From a bacterium (GTDB lineage: Bacteria; Zhuqueibacterota; Zhuqueibacteria; Oceanimicrobiales; Oceanimicrobiaceae): a stretch of 17,665 nt of DNA. The stretch is taken from assembly GCA_046757025.1 (NCBI GenBank), contig JBHHXN010000112.1, positions 1 to 17,665 on the forward strand, written 5' to 3'. Under the pieces are notes generated by a model that was not told the DNA's origin, ran no database searches, and saw nothing but the letters and a program-made list of their open reading frames with translations. The translations under genes were made by a program, and so were the position numbers. Positions 1-6,670 of the stretch are shown piece by piece. Within the stretch, counting starts at the first letter, position 1. Every line of letters begins with the position of its first letter.

Positions 1-43
1 TCATCAAAATAAAAAAATAATTTTTCTCTTGACTTTTTACATA

Positions 44-161
44 GTATCTGCGAGTGCAGCGAAGCAATCTCCTAACTTTCATAAAATAAGGAGATTGTTT
101 CGTCGTCCCGATATTCATTATTGAAAGATTTAAAGAAAAAATCAGGACTCATCGCAATGAC
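44..161. repeat. Degenerate REP-like nested palindromic element (GTCATTGCGAG...CGAAGCAATCTC...GAGATTGCTTCG...TCGCAATGAC type)
   Basis: Inner arms cgaagcaatctcct (60-73) / aggagattgtttcg (89-102) pair with one G-T. Second hairpin gtcccgat (105-112) / atcaggac (141-148). Outer ends gtatctgcga (44-53) / tcgcaatgac (152-161) pair imperfectly. The layout matches a widespread intergenic palindrome family recognised from memory. Confidence 0.7.
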
Positions 162-308
162 TGCAATGGTAATAAGAAATCGCTTTACTAGGCAATATTG
201 CAAGCCGGCAGTTGAAAATCATCGTGACGTTTCATCAGGGAGTGCCTCGATGAGTTGACACAAAATGTCACGGAGCCTGAATAAAACCATCTGCCTTTTG
301 ACAATCCA

Positions 309-336
309 AAGATAGCTATTTTTCAAACAAAGTCAA
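309..336 (-). promoter_or_regulatory. Putative sigma70-type promoter pointing leftwards
   Basis: Minus strand TTGACT-N16-TATCTT. Similar hexamer pairs occur at 11022-11050 and 16221-16249. Confidence 0.4.
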
Positions 337-548
337 GCGAATATCTCGTGGTAAAAAGAATAATTTCAGGGCAAAATTCCCGTGTTCCCGGGTGTGAAAG
401 CGGAATGAATGGAAATACTATTTTTAGGAGTAAAATGTAAATGATTCGATAATTTACATGATTGAGCAAGAGGATCAGAAAAATCCACAGCAAGTCTTTT
501 ACCGGGCTCTCTTCGAAAATTACAAATGTCTGACAGGCAGACGAACCA

Positions 549-1841
549 TCAGAGCTCTTTGATCACGCCGTAGATCAGCTCGAGCAATTCGATGGGGATC
601 AGGCTGCCCGGGCTGATGATTTCCCTGACTTTTTTAGCGATATCCCAACTCACGGTCCAGACATTCCACTCGTTGTAAAATGCCTCGCTTTCCACGTATT
701 CCACAATGGACTTGGCGATGATTTCGATGGCTTTACCTTTGATCTCCGGATCGTTGAGATCGAACATCAATTTCACTTCGTATTTGCCGAGATACTCCGA
801 AACGATCTCGGCCACCAGCATTTCTTTTTTAGACAGCGATTGGGGCGGGGCAGGCAAGGCATTTTTGTTCTCGTCATTGTCGTCGCTGCCATTGGCTTCA
901 AAACCGTTGCTGGCGGCCAGATTGTTGTCGCTGATTTTAACGGTTCGCCGAAATTTGTAAAAATCCGGGCGTTTGCTGGTGGGGTTTTCATAAAGAATCA
1001 GCCAATCGGCCAGCGGCTCCATGATGTGTTTCTGCTCCTGATTGGCACGTACGTAAAAGCGCGTGAGGGCGGTATAATCGCTTTTACTTCCGTGATTTAA
1101 TCGCAATATATAGGTACCATGTGGTAAGGCAACGTATTGCTCCACTTCCCGTCCTTTACGAAACACTTCTTCAAATGATTTAATAATTCTCGACTCGGCC
1201 AGATTGTAAGTGTAAATTCCCCGGGTAGCGGGATCGTCCTCGATTTTTATTAGCTCGATTTGTTGCGGATCGAAATTGGCGGTCACGCGAAAGTTTCTGA
1301 ATGAAATGATCACCTTCCCAAAAGCATGCAGCCCCTGTCCTTTGTCGTCTAAAATGTCGATCAAGCGGTAATAAAATTTATCTCCGGATTGAATTTGCTG
1401 CGGTAAATCCTTGAACAAAACCGGTGGGTCATCGCTGCCTGAATAGAGATTTAACGCTTTGTAATAGGAGTAACAAGCGTATTCATAATATTCATGATTT
1501 AGCGGCGCCTTCTCTAAATACATTAGGGCTTTGAAGATCAGCGCCCGTGCCGCAATGTTGCGCGGTACTTGAATATCCTCATTTGAGAGATTCAGCGTTT
1601 CATAAATTTCCATTACTTGGTCGATATACACTGTGAGCAAATCTTCAAAGGCTTTGAGCTCATGAATGCGGGCTTTGTCTTCATAGTAGAGTTTCTGATA
1701 TTCCAGGTAGGATCTCAGAATATAGTTTTCATGCTGGCGCATACGGTTGATGAGCACATTTTGATCTCTCTGGGCAAAAAGGGAAGGGCTCTGAGTACAA
1801 AACACCAATATGGTCAGTAAAATTTTTGTTCCTGTATTCAT
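549..1841 (-). CDS. Exported hypothetical protein (430 aa): N-terminal helical/TPR-like domain paralogous to the 190-aa neighbour, possible PEGA-like beta domain, C-terminal helical domain
   Basis: Long ORF. Signal peptide MNTGTKILLTILVFCTQSPSLFA|Q. TPR-like hairpin AARALIFKALMYLEKA...YEYACYSYYKALNL. Its ATG overlaps the upstream stop (TAATG at 1843-1839). Confidence 0.85.
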   Translation of the reverse strand: MNTGTKILLTILVFCTQSPSLFAQRDQNVLINRMRQHENYILRSYLEYQKLYYEDKARIHELKAFEDLLTVYIDQVMEIYETLNLSNEDIQVPRNIAARALIFKALMYLEKAPLNHEYYEYACYSYYKALNLYSGSDDPPVLFKDLPQQIQSGDKFYYRLIDILDDKGQGLHAFGKVIISFRNFRVTANFDPQQIELIKIEDDPATRGIYTYNLAESRIIKSFEEVFRKGREVEQYVALPHGTYILRLNHGSKSDYTALTRFYVRANQEQKHIMEPLADWLILYENPTSKRPDFYKFRRTVKISDNNLAASNGFEANGSDDNDENKNALPAPPQSLSKKEMLVAEIVSEYLGKYEVKLMFDLNDPEIKGKAIEIIAKSIVEYVESEAFYNEWNVWTVSWDIAKKVREIISPGSLIPIELLELIYGVIKEL

Positions 1842-2413
1842 TATTTCTCCCCGATTTGCAGCAACCGGTTTGTCAACTTAAAACAATCGATCATTTGAAA
1901 ATTTTTATCGCGGCTGTCTAACAAATCCGCTAACCGGGTGTAAAGTTTGTTTCCCACCCAAACTTCGTGTGGCAATTTCGTGCTGAGCAGCGGTTCTTTC
2001 AATTTATTTTTCGCCAGATGCAGCGCTTTTTTGTAATCTGTGCAGGCTTTGGAATAATTAAGATGATTTTCCTGTGCTCTTTCCAGATAAGTCAGCGCCC
2101 GGAACAACAGGCAGCGCGCTGCAATATTTTGTTGCGACTCCAGGGTGGTGCCTTTCATTCGCCAGAAAGTATCATAGAGATTCAGGATTTCATCCACATA
2201 AATAGTGATCAAGGATTCAAAGGCAATGAGTTCGCTACCCCGCCTGGCGGGGTCTTCGTAAATAAATTTTTGCAGCTCGTTGTAAATTCTCACCACATCG
2301 CGCTCGAGAGCAACCATTTGCTCTTCCAGTTTCATCTCGATCGGTTGTGCTTTTAATAATGCCATTTGCCCCCAGAAAAGGACAAAACCAGTAAGAATAA
2401 TCTTTGTTTTCAA
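1841..2413 (-). CDS. Exported hypothetical protein (190 aa), stand-alone copy of the shared helical/TPR-like domain
   Basis: TTG start with GGGGAA Shine-Dalgarno. Signal peptide MKTKIILTGFVLFWGQMALLKA|Q. Clear sequence similarity to the N-terminal part of 549..1841. Confidence 0.85.
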   Translation of the reverse strand: MKTKIILTGFVLFWGQMALLKAQPIEMKLEEQMVALERDVVRIYNELQKFIYEDPARRGSELIAFESLITIYVDEILNLYDTFWRMKGTTLESQQNIAARCLLFRALTYLERAQENHLNYSKACTDYKKALHLAKNKLKEPLLSTKLPHEVWVGNKLYTRLADLLDSRDKNFQMIDCFKLTNRLLQIGEK

Positions 2414-2435
2414 ATAGAGTTCCCCGGATTAGTCG

Positions 2436-3860
2436 TTAAATATTTCGTGCGTTGTCCGCAATGCATTTGATGATGGGTCGCAGCCAGTGCATCACAGGCT
2501 GCAGACCAAATCGCTCGGCTATTTGTCGGTACACGCGGGCAAAAGGCAGCAGCTCCGACGCCGACTGAAAATTTAGCTGGCTGCACAAATTCAGTGCGTT
2601 CAGACCATTGGCATCCAACACCGCTTTCCAGGCTTTATCTACCATATCCACAGCGAATTCTTTATCTCCGATTTCGTAACCGATTTCAGAAAGACGCAGA
2701 TACAGATCTTCGTACCCGTCCCATTTAAATTTCTGCTTTTGGCCATAGGCCCCATCGGAAACCAACACTTCGGAACCCACGCGTTTTGCCCGAGAGTAGG
2801 CGTTCATGCGGTTGGTGGAATCCGCAAAACTAAAATAGTAGTTCACCAGCCGAAAAATGGAATTGCCGTAAACCTTTTTAATTTCATTGGCCAGAGATAA
2901 CGAAATGTTCGAGCCGCGATCCACCAGAAGATTGTAAGCCTGTTGCGCTTTTTCACGGGCGTATTGCAGGTCCGCCTCCGGTTGATTATTGGTGCCTTCT
3001 TTTTCCATGAACAGAGCCACTTTGGTGAGCTCCTTGAGCATCTCAGCCTGCCTTTGGGTGCTTTTGGCGTGTTTGTAAGCCAGCTCCAAATAACGCCGGG
3101 TGACACGATAATTGTAATCATCGGGAAAACTGTTCAAATCCTTTTGCGCACTAAATCCGCGGGCGCGCCATTCGTTGCTGCGCAAATTGTACTCGTCCTC
3201 CACAGCCCGCTGCCGATAAATTCGAAAAAACAGGCTGTCCTGGTTACCCAGCGCGCTTTTTTCCGCGAGATCGCAAGCCAGGCGCACCATGAAACTGGTG
3301 AACAATCCGTTGGTCATGGCGCTGTCTTCCGGGCTGATGGTCAGCTCCACCGCCTGATTGATAAAGATTTTGATTTTTTCAACCAGCTCCTGTGAAACCG
3401 TCCATTCATCTTTGGCGTAGAGTCCCAGGATTCCCTGCCAGGCATGCACCAGCCCATTCAGGTAGGCTCCGTCCTTCATTTCAATGGCCCGCAGCGATTC
3501 CATGTAACCGAAATTGAAAGCAATTTCCGGATCCCCAAAAAGCTCATAGCTTTTCTTCAGGGAAAGAATGGCGGCGTCCAGAATTGATGAATTGCGATCT
3601 TTCAGGTAAAGCTGATATTCCGCAAAACCTTTCAGACGATAAACACTTTTCATGACGTCGGTGAAACGGCATTCCACATCGGGCACGCTTTCTGCGCAAC
3701 GCACCAGAATTTGGTTGCATAGATCAACGGTCCGCTGATAATCCTGGTCTTTGTACATTTGTTGAATGCTTTCATACAACTCACCCACAGGTTGGGCATA
3801 AATAAACCTTGCAGGCAGAAACAGTAAAGCCAGTAGAATGAACAGATGCTGCTTTTGCAT
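2436..3860 (-). CDS. Exported alpha-helical, TPR-like protein (474 aa)
   Basis: Strong SD (AAGGAAGG). Signal peptide MQKQHLFILLALLFLPARFIYA|Q. TPR-like segments such as LYLRLSEIGYEIGDKEFAVDMVDKAW and AAILSLKKSYELFGDPEIAFNFGY. Confidence 0.85.
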   Translation of the reverse strand: MQKQHLFILLALLFLPARFIYAQPVGELYESIQQMYKDQDYQRTVDLCNQILVRCAESVPDVECRFTDVMKSVYRLKGFAEYQLYLKDRNSSILDAAILSLKKSYELFGDPEIAFNFGYMESLRAIEMKDGAYLNGLVHAWQGILGLYAKDEWTVSQELVEKIKIFINQAVELTISPEDSAMTNGLFTSFMVRLACDLAEKSALGNQDSLFFRIYRQRAVEDEYNLRSNEWRARGFSAQKDLNSFPDDYNYRVTRRYLELAYKHAKSTQRQAEMLKELTKVALFMEKEGTNNQPEADLQYAREKAQQAYNLLVDRGSNISLSLANEIKKVYGNSIFRLVNYYFSFADSTNRMNAYSRAKRVGSEVLVSDGAYGQKQKFKWDGYEDLYLRLSEIGYEIGDKEFAVDMVDKAWKAVLDANGLNALNLCSQLNFQSASELLPFARVYRQIAERFGLQPVMHWLRPIIKCIADNARNI

Positions 3861-3873
3861 GACCTTCCTTCCT

Positions 3874-4866
3874 TTAGTTACTTAAAGTTAAATCAAGTAA
3901 CCCCCGTAGTGCCCGCTGTAATTCTTGTACAGCGGTTTTGTGGCTGTTACCAACCACTTTTATCCAAACATTGCCATCGTTACGCCAGTGGATTTCCTGT
4001 TTTGTGCCATCGGAAAAACTAAAATTGATGAGAAACCCCCGCCTGTTGCGCTTGATGGCTTTCGGTGTGGAGCCGTATCTTCCTTTGTACAAACGGTCCA
4101 GCTCAGAATTGAGTTTATTCCACAGCTTGTAGTGTTCGGTACCGATGGTCGAAGAACCAAATGAAAGAATTTTTTCCGGCAAGCCAGACAAACCCAATTT
4201 CGGTTCGCCGTTTTCTTCGGGTTTGGACATTTCAACTTTATCTCGGCTGAGATTTCCGGAGCGCGTGGGAAGCTCGATTTTATTTTCATCCGAAACAAAG
4301 CTTCGTTCTTTGGTTTTTACCTTGCCGATGTCCAGACCGCCAGATTCTCCAAGATCGGCATAGAATTTTCCTCTGTTCAGCGCAATGCCGCCGTCATCCA
4401 CTTGATATTTTTTACGGCTATTATATCCCGTGCTCCGCAACGCGCCTAAACCGGATCCCGATGTCAGATAATTGTTCAGATTCGACGAATTTAAAGCCAA
4501 TTCCACTTCCTCTTCGTTCTCTCCCAGCAATTCTTCAATTTCCTCGGTCAAATCTTCATTTTCTGTTTTATCCTCTTCCATGGGTAATTCCACCACTTCT
4601 TCCATTTTCAATTTTGGCGGCGGCTCAACTTCAGGCGGAATTTCTGGAATATCTAAAAATTCCAACACCACTCTATCTTCTACTTGCAGATATTTTTCAA
4701 AACCGATATGCGAGGCAACCCGAAACCCCAAGATTACTCCCACCAAAGTGATGATCAGCGCGATTTCAAAATGTTTATAATAATGTAATTTGGAACGTCC
4801 GTGAGTGGTGTTTTTATCGCTCTTTGCAAGTACAAATTGCGGCAATTTTTGTCTATGTTTTATCAC
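3874..4866 (-). CDS. Single-pass membrane protein, divergent TonB-like energy transducer (330 aa)
   Basis: GTG start with AGGATG upstream. Basic N-terminus, one TM helix (FEIALIITLVGVILGFRV), Pro/Glu-rich linker (IPEIPPEVEPPPKL...), Gly-rich stretch, and a C-terminal alpha/beta segment weakly resembling TonB_C. The ORF is solid; the function is an inference. Confidence 0.6.
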   Translation of the reverse strand: MIKHRQKLPQFVLAKSDKNTTHGRSKLHYYKHFEIALIITLVGVILGFRVASHIGFEKYLQVEDRVVLEFLDIPEIPPEVEPPPKLKMEEVVELPMEEDKTENEDLTEEIEELLGENEEEVELALNSSNLNNYLTSGSGLGALRSTGYNSRKKYQVDDGGIALNRGKFYADLGESGGLDIGKVKTKERSFVSDENKIELPTRSGNLSRDKVEMSKPEENGEPKLGLSGLPEKILSFGSSTIGTEHYKLWNKLNSELDRLYKGRYGSTPKAIKRNRRGFLINFSFSDGTKQEIHWRNDGNVWIKVVGNSHKTAVQELQRALRGLLDLTLSN

Positions 4867-4928
4867 CGATAAACATCCTGCATCTTCTAACCATGGAAAA
4901 TTTCTAATTGAATTTGAAGATTGTTTTT

Positions 4929-4945
4929 CTCAAATATTGTGCCAA
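4929..4945 (-). promoter_or_regulatory. Putative sigma54 (-24/-12) promoter of the 4866-549 operon
   Basis: Minus strand TTGGCACAATATTTGAG: perfect TGGCAC at -24, GG-N10-GA spacing (GA instead of the canonical GC), about 63 nt upstream of the GTG start. Confidence 0.5.
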
Positions 4946-5161
4946 TTAACCTGGAGCTGATTGAGCTCTGCTTCTCATTATTTATAATAGAATTAAGTCT
5001 TTTTTTCTGCGCTGGGCATCTCACAGATTTGTTCCAGTATGAAACAATCAGATGAAATGGGTACACAAATAATATGTTAAAATCATCAAAACCCATTCAA
5101 AATGGCTTCCAAAAAATCAGCTTTCTCAGTTTGTAAAAGATAATTTGGGCACGTTTCGAGT

Positions 5162-6148
5162 TTATCTATCGACTGCTTTCAAATTGGGTAAGTAGAGAGG
5201 CTTTTTATGCCCGAACCGCAACAGCACGCATTGCAATACCGATTCCGGCGCGTGATACTGTAAATTCACAAACAAGCTGCTGGCCCTATGAAATAAACTG
5301 GTGTCCATACGCAATCCAAACAAACGCTCCTCACCAAATTTGAGAACCGTTGATCCGAACTGAGGTATGTCTGCCAGGTAGATTCCCTTGCCAATATAGA
5401 TGGCTTGAATTTCACCCAGGGATGGTTGTGTTTCGGAAAACAGGCTGATGAAATCACCGAAAACCAAATCCCGAATTTCGGTGGGATGAAAAGTTGGCTT
5501 TTGTGTGTTGGAAATCAGCTCCTTGACTTTCTTAAATTTCCCTTTGCCAGCCGCTTCCAAAATTTCTTCCGCCAACTCCATAATTTCAACGAACTCAGAG
5601 GTTTTCTCAACCGGTGTGGGAGCGTTTTTAAAATCATCCTGATAAGCATAGCGCGTAATGACCCGGGTCCAAACCGCCCGCCGGGACTCAAAAGTCGGAA
5701 TCACTTCCAATTCCAGAATCCGGATTTCGTAGCGTGCCTGAACCACTTTCGCGTTTTTAACCAAATTGACGTACAAAGTGTAGTCGCGGGTTAAATTGTC
5801 CGGACGCGGGGGATGGGAGTTCAGCATCCCCAAAACATTGTCCCGGGCCGTGATTCGGCGGTTCCGCAACGACTGATCGATGGCGCGAAAAACCGCCCGA
5901 ATGGAATTCTGCTCGATGTCATCATCTTCGTAAGCACAGCCAAATGTCTGAATGTAATCATTATTGATGTAAACCTGATCCAGAGGTTTTTGAATCACTT
6001 GGCTCATCAACCCAAGCAGGGTGCGGTTATCGTTTTTTGACCAACATTTTTCTTTGAACTTTTTTCGCTTTTGCTGTGAATTGATATTCTTTGGAAAACA
6101 GTACACCGGCGAACACAACAAAAGCACACTCAAGATTAGATTAAACAT
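5162..6148 (-). CDS. Exported hypothetical protein (328 aa)
   Basis: Long ORF with AAGGAG SD and a hydrophobic N-terminus MFNLILSVLLLCSPVYC. No family motif recognised. Confidence 0.75.
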   Translation of the reverse strand: MFNLILSVLLLCSPVYCFPKNINSQQKRKKFKEKCWSKNDNRTLLGLMSQVIQKPLDQVYINNDYIQTFGCAYEDDDIEQNSIRAVFRAIDQSLRNRRITARDNVLGMLNSHPPRPDNLTRDYTLYVNLVKNAKVVQARYEIRILELEVIPTFESRRAVWTRVITRYAYQDDFKNAPTPVEKTSEFVEIMELAEEILEAAGKGKFKKVKELISNTQKPTFHPTEIRDLVFGDFISLFSETQPSLGEIQAIYIGKGIYLADIPQFGSTVLKFGEERLFGLRMDTSLFHRASSLFVNLQYHAPESVLQCVLLRFGHKKPLYLPNLKAVDR

Positions 6149-6670
6149 TTTGCTAAAACTCCTTTTTCAACAAAGGCGGTAGAATTGGATGCTCAACCTG
6201 CAAGCTGAAAAACCTGAACACCTCTTTTAGATAGCACAATTTCCCCGTCCGCATCAAATTTCAGAGATCCTCATGACATCGTTTAATAAACCGATCTCCG
6301 ATGATTATTTAACTCAGGACTGACGCGATAAGAATTTTCTATTTGAATCAAATTTGTTAGAACAGTCGGAATCAACGATTCGAAATGCAAACTGGCATTC
6401 ATTTTATTCCATTTACAATAAGATTTAGCCGATAAACCTGCGATATGCGTAAAAAGAATTCATGCGTAACGAAACTATTTTACCGGCAGGATTCGATAGG
6501 CTTTTGCCGTCCTAAAATCCGGGTAATTTTTACTTAAAATCGCATTTGAATAAAGAGGCAGGATGGATTTTCAGACTTGTGGGAAGACACGACAAAATCT
6601 TTGTCGGGATCTGAGATGGTCTAAATCTCACCGCTTAACCCGAAACTCGAAACTCCCGTGAGCCGCTCAA

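Noticed and set aside
229..240. Minus-strand CTGATGAAAC resembling a hammerhead ribozyme core
   Set aside because: No stem II between CUGAUGA and GAAA, so the catalytic core cannot be assembled.
255..410. Fragments resembling a c-di-GMP-I riboswitch (gacacaaa...cacggagcctgaa; gggcaaa...gaaag)
   Set aside because: The pieces are in the wrong order and the required P1/P2 pairing is absent.
4887..5096. 69-aa ORF upstream of the TonB-like gene
   Set aside because: AT-rich intergenic composition, overlaps the sigma54-like motif, and has no motif support.
6478..6660. Short hairpins and repeats after phoR (cgacaaa/tttgtcg, tgagat/atctca, cgaaactc x2)
   Set aside because: Short arms, no T tail and no recognisable family; could be chance or decayed repeats.
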